Assembly: GCA_018715565.1 (NCBI GenBank)
Contig: DVLJ01000236.1
Span: 48 to 64,047 of the forward strand
Direction: 5' to 3'
DNA length: 64,000 bases
Origin: Candidatus Ventrimonas merdavium
GTDB taxonomy: Bacteria > Bacillota > Clostridia > Lachnospirales > Lachnospiraceae
The notes beneath the pieces were generated by a model. The model was not told the origin of the DNA and made no database searches. It saw only the letters and a list, made by a program, of their open reading frames with translations. The position numbers and the translations under genes were made by a program. Each line of letters opens with the position of its first letter. Positions within the stretch are counted from its first letter, which is position 1. Shown in pieces: positions 18,801 to 26,705 of the stretch.

Positions 18801-18909
18801 TGTAAATTCCTTACTGCGCCATCATGATCCTCACGATCTCCTTGTCCGTCTGGCGCATGCCCTCCCGGCCCAGGCGGCTGACATTGCGGATCGTGGCCTC
18901 TACGCCGTT
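18801..18909. repeat. 109-bp direct repeat, copy 2 (3' end of the intact cyuA-like gene plus 10 bp downstream)
   Basis: Identical to 16851-16959. Confidence 0.9.
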
Positions 18910-20115
18910 GTTGACGATGCCGTCCCCGGCCTTGAACTCCTGGCCGTTCCGGTACATGTGATACCCCAGGATCCCGGCCTGGACGCTGGAGGCGATCTTG
19001 GCGGCGCAGGACGGCTTTGCTCCGTCGCAGATGATGCCGGACACGATGGCCAGGGAATTGACCAGGGTGTGGGCGATGGCCTCATACCGCCCCCCGTACA
19101 GATAGGCGATGCCGCAGCCCGCCGCGCAGCCTGCGCTGACCGCGCCGCAGTAAGCGGAAAGCCGCCCGATCCCGGCCTTTTCATGGACCGCGATCAGATT
19201 GGAAATGGTCAGGGCCCGGTACAGCTGCTCCTTCGGCACGTTTAATTCCTTCGCATACTCGATCACCGGCACGGAAACGGTGATCCCCTGGTTGCCGCTG
19301 CCGGAATTGATGATGACCGGAAGCTCGCAGCCGCTCATCCGGGCGTCGGAACCGGCCGCCGCCTTGGCTACCGCCCGGTGCTCGATGGCGTTGCCGTAAG
19401 CCTTTAACAGGGTGGAGCCTACGTTTGCGCCGTAATCTCCCAGAAGCCCTTCCTCTGAGATCAGGGTGTTGTAGTGGATCTGCACGTCCAGGATCGGCTT
19501 GACGTCCTCCAGGTCGCAGGTCTCTGCAAAATCCAGGATGCCCTCGATCGTCAGCAGGGACTTATCCGCCAGCCCCGTTTCCTTCGGCTCTCCCTCGCTG
19601 CAGCCGATCTGCTCCGGCTGCTCCTCGGCGGCAAACAGGGTCTCCCCATTTTTCTCAATGTAGGTGATATTGGTGTGGTACTGGCTGATCCGGACCACGG
19701 CAGAATCCTCGCCGCCAAACAGAGTGATCAGGATGTCAAAGATGATGCCCGTATCCAGCGGCTTCACGCTCACAGGAACCTGCTCCAAAAAGGTCCGCAT
19801 CTCAGCCTTCTGCTCCTCTGTCACCTCGGCGATCACCTCCAGCTGACGGTCCTCCTGGCCGCCCACGATGCCGGCCACTGCCGCCGCCTCGATGCCCTTC
19901 ATCCCGTCGGTATTGGGTACGATCACGCTTTTAACATTCTTGATGATATTGTCGCTGACTCCGATCTTCACCCGGTCCGGGGTCTTCCCCAGCACCTCTC
20001 TGGCCTTTGCCGCCGCATAGGCGATGGCGATCGGCTCTGTACATCCCATAGCCGGGACCAGCTCCTCCTTTAAGATCTGTACATACGTGCTGTAACGCTT
20101 ATCTGTCCGCTCCAT
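18811..20115 (-). CDS. cyuA: L-cysteine desulfidase family protein (UPF0597, serine-dehydratase-alpha-like; YhaM/CyuA type)
   Basis: MGCTEPIAIAYAAA, SGSGNQGITVSVP, ICDGAKPSCA and MRQTDKEIVRIM are collinear with E. coli YhaM/CyuA as I recall it. Start at the ATG at 20115 after AAGGAGGA. Confidence 0.8.
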   Translation of the reverse strand: MERTDKRYSTYVQILKEELVPAMGCTEPIAIAYAAAKAREVLGKTPDRVKIGVSDNIIKNVKSVIVPNTDGMKGIEAAAVAGIVGGQEDRQLEVIAEVTEEQKAEMRTFLEQVPVSVKPLDTGIIFDILITLFGGEDSAVVRISQYHTNITYIEKNGETLFAAEEQPEQIGCSEGEPKETGLADKSLLTIEGILDFAETCDLEDVKPILDVQIHYNTLISEEGLLGDYGANVGSTLLKAYGNAIEHRAVAKAAAGSDARMSGCELPVIINSGSGNQGITVSVPVIEYAKELNVPKEQLYRALTISNLIAVHEKAGIGRLSAYCGAVSAGCAAGCGIAYLYGGRYEAIAHTLVNSLAIVSGIICDGAKPSCAAKIASSVQAGILGYHMYRNGQEFKAGDGIVNNGVEATIRNVSRLGREGMRQTDKEIVRIMMAQ

Positions 20116-20299
20116 CCTCGGATCCTCCTTTGTGGTTTTAAAGGGCACTGCCCTGCAGTACAAGCTTCCTTGTATATTCTAATCTTACTACTGATTATAT
20201 TACTAATCATATCAGTATGTCAAGAAAAACAGGCCTTCATTTTCCTCTTTTTTGCCCCATGAAAGGAAGCGGCGGGGAAAGCACGGCCTGTTCTCTGTT

Positions 20300-21658
20300 T
20301 TAAACGTGTTTTCTGGCCTCCGTGGATAAAGCGCGGTTTATCTGCCTCGCAAAAAACAGGGTGAGGAGGGCCGTCAGAAGGTCAGCCATCGGCTGTACCC
20401 ATATCACGCCGGTCAGCCCGAACAGACGCGGGAGCGCGAAAACCAAGGGGAAGAAAATGATCCCCTGCCTGCTCAGGCTCAGGACGCCTCCAACAAGGCT
20501 TTTCCCCATAGCAAGATAGAGAGACGCGTAGACCATCTCAAATCCAAATGGGAGAAAAGATACCGCACTCAGCCGGAGGGCTTTCTCTGCCAGCCCGGTC
20601 ATTTCTGGATCCGTACCAAAAAGCGCTGTGATCGGACCTGCGAAGATCATGAGGATACACGCAGCAGCCGCGCAGAATCCCGTGGTCCAGAGCATACAGA
20701 GCTTCAAAGCTCCCATTAACCGGTCAAACCGCTTCGCCCCATAGCTGTATCCTGCAAACGGCTGAAATCCTTTCAAAAATCCAAAGACAGCATAGGTTCC
20801 CACCGTCATGATGCGGGTGACCGCTCCCATCGCCGCCACCGCATGATCCCCATAAGGTTTTGACGCGGTATTGATGCTTCCTGTGGCCGCGCCTGCAAGC
20901 AATTGGAACAGGAGCACCGGGATCCCTATTTTCAGGATCTCGGCATAGATCGTTATTGACGGTGCGATCTTTTTTACAGAAATCCGCAGGACGCCTTTCC
21001 CTTTTCTCAGGTATCCCAGATAAAGCGCCATATTGATGCACAAGGACAGGACCGTTGCGGCGGCGGCTCCCTCAATGCCCAGATCCATCCCATAGATCAT
21101 GACCGGGTCCAGGATCACATTTGCCATGCTTCCCGAGAGCATGGCGATCATGGTGAACCTGGTAGCTCCCTGGGCTGTCAGCAGATTGTTCATCATGACG
21201 TTAAAGATGTTGATGACCGCGCCAGGTACGTAGATCCTGGCATACGCCTTGGCGTAAGGCAAGATCGTTTCGGTAGCTCCTAACGAAGTAAGGACCGGCT
21301 CAAGAAAGGCCATGATCCCGCAGATCACAGCTGCGCCGGCCAGCAGCCCTGAAAAAAGCGCAGTGGAAGCGGTCCTGCCGGCTTGTTCTAGGTCTCCCTT
21401 CCCCAACAGGCGGGATATGTAGGACGAAGCCCCCGCCCCAAACATCATTCCCAAGCCGATCACGATCTGGACGATCGGGAACACCACCGATACCGCTCCC
21501 ATCTGGCTCATCCCAAGGCCGCCCACAAAATATGCGTCGATCGCGTTGTACAGCGCGGAAATGAGCATCCCCAGCATCGTTGGTATCCCCAGCTTAAGGA
21601 GCGCAGGCGCGATCTTTGCCTCCTCCAATAAGTAGATCCGATCTGATTGTTCTTTCAT
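20300..21658 (-). CDS. MATE-family efflux transporter
   Basis: 452 aa, 12 TM helices. N-terminus LLKLGIPTMLGMLISALYNAIDAYFVG is typical of MATE/NorM. AAAGGAGGAA RBS. Confidence 0.88.
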   Translation of the reverse strand: MKEQSDRIYLLEEAKIAPALLKLGIPTMLGMLISALYNAIDAYFVGGLGMSQMGAVSVVFPIVQIVIGLGMMFGAGASSYISRLLGKGDLEQAGRTASTALFSGLLAGAAVICGIMAFLEPVLTSLGATETILPYAKAYARIYVPGAVINIFNVMMNNLLTAQGATRFTMIAMLSGSMANVILDPVMIYGMDLGIEGAAAATVLSLCINMALYLGYLRKGKGVLRISVKKIAPSITIYAEILKIGIPVLLFQLLAGAATGSINTASKPYGDHAVAAMGAVTRIMTVGTYAVFGFLKGFQPFAGYSYGAKRFDRLMGALKLCMLWTTGFCAAAACILMIFAGPITALFGTDPEMTGLAEKALRLSAVSFLPFGFEMVYASLYLAMGKSLVGGVLSLSRQGIIFFPLVFALPRLFGLTGVIWVQPMADLLTALLTLFFARQINRALSTEARKHV

Positions 21659-21678
21659 TTGAAATTCCTCCTTTTAAA

Positions 21679-21696
21679 ATTGAACATTAGTTCAAT
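21679..21696. promoter_or_regulatory. Palindromic operator candidate (TetR site) upstream of the MATE gene
   Basis: ATTGAAC-ATTA-GTTCAAT. Shares TTGAAC-N4-GTTCAA half-sites with 22309-22324. Confidence 0.5.
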
Positions 21697-21722
21697 ATTG
21701 TTCGATAAAAAAAGGAACTGGC

Positions 21723-22292
21723 CTAAAGACCAATCCCTGATAAATACATTTTCGATAATTGATATAGGATCCTCACGGCCCATTCCTTTCCTCGGTAATG
21801 ATACATGATCTGCATCAGTCCATCTACAAAGTTATTCGCGATAATGTGGAAAAACACCTCGTCGTATCGCGCATCATCCCGATGCTTCTGCAGGTGGGCT
21901 TCTACGTCCCTGATAAAGCGTTCTCTTTCATGCTCATACTTCGTGCCTTCGCTTTTATCGATCAAGATGATAAATTCCTTCCGATGCTCGAACAGATTGA
22001 GGATACAGTCAGCCTCTGCCTTGCTGAGACCGTAGATCTCGCTGTCTGTATGCCTCGCTCCGTCCTTGTCCCCCGCCGTCAGCACCCGCTCCCAGTCGTA
22101 CCGGACAGGGCTTAAGACAGCGTCGAACAGCGCTTCTTTGCTTTGATAATAGGAATAGATCAATCCTGTAGGGATCATCGCCTGCTTCGCGATACTGCGC
22201 ATAGCCGTCGCGCGGTAGCCCTTGTCATAAAACTCCTGCAGCGCGGCGCTGAGTATCCTTTCCCGAATCTCTTCTTTCAGTACCTGAGCCAT
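21723..22292 (-). CDS. TetR/AcrR-family transcriptional regulator
   Basis: The N-terminal HTH region IRERILSAALQEFYDKGYRATAMRSIAKQAMIPTGLIYSYYQSKEALF. Start at the ATG at 22292. Confidence 0.85.
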   Translation of the reverse strand: MAQVLKEEIRERILSAALQEFYDKGYRATAMRSIAKQAMIPTGLIYSYYQSKEALFDAVLSPVRYDWERVLTAGDKDGARHTDSEIYGLSKAEADCILNLFEHRKEFIILIDKSEGTKYEHERERFIRDVEAHLQKHRDDARYDEVFFHIIANNFVDGLMQIMYHYRGKEWAVRILYQLSKMYLSGIGL

Positions 22293-22308
22293 CTGTATCT
22301 CTCCAATA

Positions 22309-22324
22309 TTGAACTTAAGTTCAA
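22309..22324. promoter_or_regulatory. Palindromic operator candidate (TetR autoregulation site)
   Basis: Perfect palindrome TTGAAC-TTAA-GTTCAA, 17 nt upstream of the TetR start codon. Confidence 0.5.
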
Positions 22325-22368
22325 GTATAACCTCCGGCCAAGGATCTGTCAAGCCCCTTATCCCTCAC

Positions 22369-22644
22369 CTAATCATTATCCGGCAGCAGCTTGATATGCA
22401 CCATGATGTTCCGCACAAAGCTCCCTTCCGGCAGCTCCATATCCTCGTGGTGGGTCTGGGACGGGAACTCGCCGCCGTCCTCTAACTCCACCCAGAGCCA
22501 GTTATAGGCCGCGTCCCGGGCCGCCTCCAGGGCGTCCTCTAAGTCCGGTCCGTCGGCCTCGCAGCACTCCAGGTCCGGAAATACCACATGGTAACCGTTG
22601 TCATCTTGATGCGGTGTAAATACCGCCGGGTAAGTAAATGTCAT
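22369..22644 (-). CDS. HicB-like antitoxin-fold protein (N-terminal domain only)
   Basis: 91 aa. YPAVFTPHQDDNGYHVVFPDLECCEADGPDLEDALEAARDAAYNWL is the HicB_like pattern. 4-nt ATGA overlap with the rarA stop. Confidence 0.7.
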   Translation of the reverse strand: MTFTYPAVFTPHQDDNGYHVVFPDLECCEADGPDLEDALEAARDAAYNWLWVELEDGGEFPSQTHHEDMELPEGSFVRNIMVHIKLLPDND

Positions 22645-23996
22645 TGCTGTCTTTCTCCTGTTCTATCTTGATTTTCTGCCGCCTTCCACCGCTTCACGGC
22701 TTCCAGCTTCTCCTTCACCGCCGCTTCCGCCCCCTGGACGCCGGGATGGTAATACACCCGGTCCTTGACGCCATCCGGCAGGCACTGCATCCGCGCCACC
22801 TTTTCCTCGGTGTCGTGGGCGTAGATGTAATCCTCGCCGTAATGCAGCTCCTTCATCAGGGAGGTAGGCGCGTTGCGGATCTGGAGCGGCACCGGCTCCG
22901 CCAGCATGCGCTGGGCGTCCTCCTTTGCCGTCTCATAGGCCACATAGGCCGAATTCGTCTTGGGCGCCATGGAAAGGTAGATCACCGCATGGCTTAAATG
23001 CACGTTGCACTCCGGCATCCCCAGGAAATGGCACGCCTGATATGCGGCGATGGTCAACGGCAGGGCCTGGCTGTCCGCCATGCCCACGTCCTCGCTGGCA
23101 AACCGCACCAGACGTCTCGCCACATATAGAGGGTCTTCTCCCGCCTCCAGCATCCGGGCCAGCCAGTACACTGCCGCGTCCGGGTCACTGTTGCGCATGG
23201 ATTTGTGGAGGGCGGAGATCAGGTTGTAATGCTCCTCCCCCTTCTTATCATACATCAAACTCCGCCTGCCGATACACTGGGAAAGGATCTCCCAGGTGAC
23301 CGCGGTCTCCTCCGGGCCGATCTCCCCGTTGGTCACCGCCATCTCCAGGGTGTTCAAGGCGGTGCGGGCGTCCCCGTTGGCAAACTCGGCGATCTTCTCC
23401 AGCATCCCCGGCTCCACCCGGATCGGCAGATAGCCGAACCCCTCCGGGCTTTTTAACGCCCGCTCCAAAAGGCCGGTCAGGTCCTCCACCGTCAACGCCT
23501 GGAGCACAAAGACCTTGCACCGGGAGAGCAATGCGGCGTTGATCTCAAACGACGGGTTCTCCGTAGTGGCCCCGATCAGGATGATGCTCCCCTTCTCCAC
23601 GTAGGGCAGGAACGCATCCTGCTGGGCTTTGTTGAAGCGGTGGATCTCGTCTACGAACACCACCGTCCGCTGCCCCGAGCGGCGGGCCGCCTCCGACCGG
23701 GCCATGACCTCCTTGATCTCCTTGATGCCGCTGGTCACCGCGCTGAAATTGATGAATTCCGCGTGGGTCCGGTGGGCGATGATCATGGCCAGGGTGGTCT
23801 TGCCCACCCCCGGCGGCCCCCAGAAGATCATGGACGGCACCTGATCCTGGTCGATCAGCTGGCGCAGGATCTTCCCTTCTCCCAGAAGGTGCTTCTGTCC
23901 CGCAAAATCCTCCAGCGTCTCCGGCCGGAGCCGGCTGGCCAGGGGGCGGTACGCCTCCCGGCCGCTGTCAAACAGAGACATCTGCTCCATCTGCAT
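22641..23996 (-). CDS. rarA: Replication-associated recombination protein A (AAA+ ATPase)
   Basis: RPETLEDFAGQKHLLG, Walker A GPPGVGKTT, Walker B VVFVDEIHRFNK, and the MgsA C-terminal block HYNLISALHKSMRNSDPDAAVYWLARML. Confidence 0.9.
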   Translation of the reverse strand: MQMEQMSLFDSGREAYRPLASRLRPETLEDFAGQKHLLGEGKILRQLIDQDQVPSMIFWGPPGVGKTTLAMIIAHRTHAEFINFSAVTSGIKEIKEVMARSEAARRSGQRTVVFVDEIHRFNKAQQDAFLPYVEKGSIILIGATTENPSFEINAALLSRCKVFVLQALTVEDLTGLLERALKSPEGFGYLPIRVEPGMLEKIAEFANGDARTALNTLEMAVTNGEIGPEETAVTWEILSQCIGRRSLMYDKKGEEHYNLISALHKSMRNSDPDAAVYWLARMLEAGEDPLYVARRLVRFASEDVGMADSQALPLTIAAYQACHFLGMPECNVHLSHAVIYLSMAPKTNSAYVAYETAKEDAQRMLAEPVPLQIRNAPTSLMKELHYGEDYIYAHDTEEKVARMQCLPDGVKDRVYYHPGVQGAEAAVKEKLEAVKRWKAAENQDRTGERQQ

Positions 23997-24011
23997 ATCT
24001 CAAATCCCTCC

Positions 24012-26594
24012 TTAGCAGGTGGCTCCGCCCTTCAAATGCTTCTGGGCCTGCAGATTCTCCTGCTTTCTCGCCAGCAGATCGTCTGCCAGGAGCTGGCGCT
24101 CCACCTCCTCGAATCCGATCCGAGCCACCGTGTCCGCGAACCGCTCTCCGGTATTGCCCTGCTCCCTAAACAGCAGGATGGCCTTTTCCACCACAGACAG
24201 GACCTCTTCCTTATCCGTAAAGATCTTGTCCAAGTAACGGCCCTGGGCCACCTTCTTGCCCCAGCGTCCGCCGATGTATACCCGGTAGCCGTCAAGGAAG
24301 TCCTCCGTTACATGGAACGGACATTTTCCAACACAGCGGCCGCAGTGGTTGCAGGCGTCCGGATCCACCGCCAGCTTACCGTTCTCCATCTTGGCCACAT
24401 GGATCGGACAGGTCTCCTCCACCTGGCATACCTTGCAGCCCCGGCATTTCTCCATATCAAATTGGGGAACCCGCTGGCCAATGATGCCCAGATCGTTCAG
24501 ATCCGGCTTCACGCAGTTATTAGGACAGCCGCCCACCGCGATCTTAAACTTGTGGGGCAGCTTCACCTCCCGGTAGCCGTGGTAGAACCGCTCGTGGATC
24601 TCCTCCGACAGGGCAAAGGTATCCGCCAGGCCGTACTGGCAGGTAGTCCCCTTGCAGGACACCACCGGGCGCACCTTGGAGCCGGTGCCGCCGGTCTCTA
24701 AGCCATGGTCCAGCAGGTACTCCCGCAGCGGCTCGATATTGTCAAAGGGCACGCCCTGGATCTCCATGGTCAGACGGGTGGTCATGGTCACCTCGCCGCT
24801 CCCGAACTGCTCCGCCGCCTCGGCGATCACCCGGGCTTCCTCCGCGGTGATCTTGCCGTTCCGGGTGATGACCCGGCCGTTGAACTTGTCCGGGGTCCGT
24901 TTATCCTTCAGGAATCCCAGGGCCTTGACCCGGGTCTCCTCCTCCTTGGAGACGCCTGCGTCGGCGCCCTTGACCTTCACCTCGTTAAAGAAGGTCGACC
25001 CTTCCAACACCACGGTGTGCTCATAGCCGTAGAAGCGCATCCGGTTCTGGAGGAAGTATGCCCGCTTGCCCCGGGCGCAGACCAGAAGGTACTTCCCGTC
25101 CTTCGGCAGGCCGGGGATCTCCCCGTTCACCGCCGTCAGATCCACATACACCGCGCCCCGGATCGAGGGAGCTGGGCCTGCATCGATCACCGTATAGCCG
25201 TCCGCCTTTCCCGCGGCGTATTCCGCCGGGGTCATGCTCACCAGCTGGCCGTCCAGCTTGTTCATCATCACATAGACTGCCTGAACAAAGGGATGGATCG
25301 CCGTGGAAAACGGCGGCGCATAGGCAAAGTCTCCATTCTCAAAGTCTTCCAGGACCGCGCCCATATTGATGCCCATAACAGCGATATCCACCATCTTATC
25401 CACCGCTCCCGGTCCCAGGACCTGGACGCCTAACAGCTTTCTGGTGGTCTTATCCGCGATCAGCTTGGTGATGAAGAAGGAGGCGTCAGGATAATAATGG
25501 GCCTTGTCGTCGGTGGGAACCAGCACGGTCTCCACCTCAAAGCCCGCCTCTCTGGCCTGGGCTTCCGTCAGTCCGGTACGGCCCACATTTAAGCCAGGCA
25601 GCTTCACCACGCCGGTCCCCAGAACGCCAGGGTAGGTCTTCTGGGCGCCTGCCAGCACCTGGGCCAGGGTACGGCCCTCCAGGTTAGCCGAGGAACCCAT
25701 AGGAGACCACTGGCGGCTGCCGGTGATCCGGTTGGTCACCATCACACAGTCTCCCGCCGCATACACGTCCTCCAGGTTCGTCTTCATCTGTCCGTCCACC
25801 AGGATCGTGCCCTTCACCATCTCAAGGCCGGAATCCTGCAAAAATCCGGTATTGGGGCGGATCCCAGCCGCCATGATCAGCAGCTCGCAGGGCAGGGTCC
25901 CCGCCGTGGTGCGCACGCCGGTCACCTGGCCTTCCCCTAAGACCGCCTCCGCTCCCGTGCCGGTGATCATCCGCACGCCCTGGGCAGTCAGATGCTTTTT
26001 CACGTAGGCGGCCATCTCCGGATCCAGGATATTCGGCAGGATCTGAGGGGCAAAATCCACCACCGTAGTCTGGACGCCTTTGGCCTTTAGATTCTCCGCT
26101 GCTTCCAAGCCGATGAAGCCGCCGCCGATCACCACGGCCCGCTTCACGCCTCTGGTCTCTATGTACGTGCGGATCCGGTCTGCGTCGTCCGGGGTCCGCA
26201 TCTTAAATACGCCTTCCAGCTCCCGTCCCGGGATGGGCAGCTCCGCCGCGGATGCCCCCACGGCGATCACTAATTTATCATAAGGACAGATCTCCGTCTC
26301 CCCAGTGATCGCGTCCCTCACCTTCACTTCCTTCTTCGCCGCGTCCAGGGCCACCGCTTCTTTCCCTGTGCGCACGGTCACGCCGGTCAGGCCGGAATAC
26401 TTGGCCGGGGTGTTGACGATCAGCTCGTCCCTCCCCTGGATCATCCCGCCCACATAATAGGGCAGGCCGCAGCCCGCGTAGGAAATGTCCCGGTCCCGGG
26501 TCAGCACCGTCACCTCCATGCTCCGGTCCTCCCGCTTTAACTTCGCCGCGGTCTTCGTGCCGGCGGCCACGCCGCCAATGATCAATACCTTCAT
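24012..26594 (-). CDS. Three-module fusion: CoADR/NADH-oxidase-like flavoprotein, rhodanese domain, and Dsr-like sulfite-reductase module with a 2x[4Fe-4S] ferredoxin insert
   Basis: aa 1-445: GGVAAGTK, redox Cys in SYAGCGLPYY and a second Rossmann VVIGGGFIGLE. aa 452-535: rhodanese-like domain with LVCARGKRA. aa 560-860: NIR_SIR-like region with SCKGTTC and GGCPNNC. Ferredoxin Cys motifs CRGCKVCQVEETCP and CNHCGRCVGKCP. Confidence 0.8.
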   Translation of the reverse strand: MKVLIIGGVAAGTKTAAKLKREDRSMEVTVLTRDRDISYAGCGLPYYVGGMIQGRDELIVNTPAKYSGLTGVTVRTGKEAVALDAAKKEVKVRDAITGETEICPYDKLVIAVGASAAELPIPGRELEGVFKMRTPDDADRIRTYIETRGVKRAVVIGGGFIGLEAAENLKAKGVQTTVVDFAPQILPNILDPEMAAYVKKHLTAQGVRMITGTGAEAVLGEGQVTGVRTTAGTLPCELLIMAAGIRPNTGFLQDSGLEMVKGTILVDGQMKTNLEDVYAAGDCVMVTNRITGSRQWSPMGSSANLEGRTLAQVLAGAQKTYPGVLGTGVVKLPGLNVGRTGLTEAQAREAGFEVETVLVPTDDKAHYYPDASFFITKLIADKTTRKLLGVQVLGPGAVDKMVDIAVMGINMGAVLEDFENGDFAYAPPFSTAIHPFVQAVYVMMNKLDGQLVSMTPAEYAAGKADGYTVIDAGPAPSIRGAVYVDLTAVNGEIPGLPKDGKYLLVCARGKRAYFLQNRMRFYGYEHTVVLEGSTFFNEVKVKGADAGVSKEEETRVKALGFLKDKRTPDKFNGRVITRNGKITAEEARVIAEAAEQFGSGEVTMTTRLTMEIQGVPFDNIEPLREYLLDHGLETGGTGSKVRPVVSCKGTTCQYGLADTFALSEEIHERFYHGYREVKLPHKFKIAVGGCPNNCVKPDLNDLGIIGQRVPQFDMEKCRGCKVCQVEETCPIHVAKMENGKLAVDPDACNHCGRCVGKCPFHVTEDFLDGYRVYIGGRWGKKVAQGRYLDKIFTDKEEVLSVVEKAILLFREQGNTGERFADTVARIGFEEVERQLLADDLLARKQENLQAQKHLKGGATC

Positions 26595-26677
26595 CTTGCT
26601 ACCTCGCTTTCTCCCCTCCGCCAGGGCGCCCCGGTCCTTGCGGGCAGGTTTCTTCTGCAGAACTCAACTCTCCTTTC

Positions 26678-26705
26678 AGTATACTATATCTGGGGAAGAT
26701 ATCAA
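26678..26705 (-). promoter_or_regulatory. Candidate sigmaA promoter of the oxidoreductase-rarA-hicB unit
   Basis: On the minus strand: TTGATA, 16-nt spacer, TATACT. Overlaps the stop codon of the upstream ytvI-like gene. Confidence 0.4.

Noticed and set aside
18614-18805. 63-aa plus-strand ORF in the spacer between the AlbA_2 gene and cyuA
   Set aside because: It has no RBS and overlaps the minus-strand terminator of cyuA. Its composition is unremarkable and I recognise no conserved motif.
22293-22368. Search for a HicA toxin gene next to the HicB-like gene
   Set aside because: The spacer is only 76 bp and is occupied by the TetR promoter/operator. Upstream is rarA, which overlaps by 4 nt. 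There is no room for a partner ORF.
23640-24701. 353-aa plus-strand ORF spanning the rarA / oxidoreductase junction
   Set aside because: It is antisense to two well-supported genes and has Arg/Leu/His/Pro-rich composition with no RBS.
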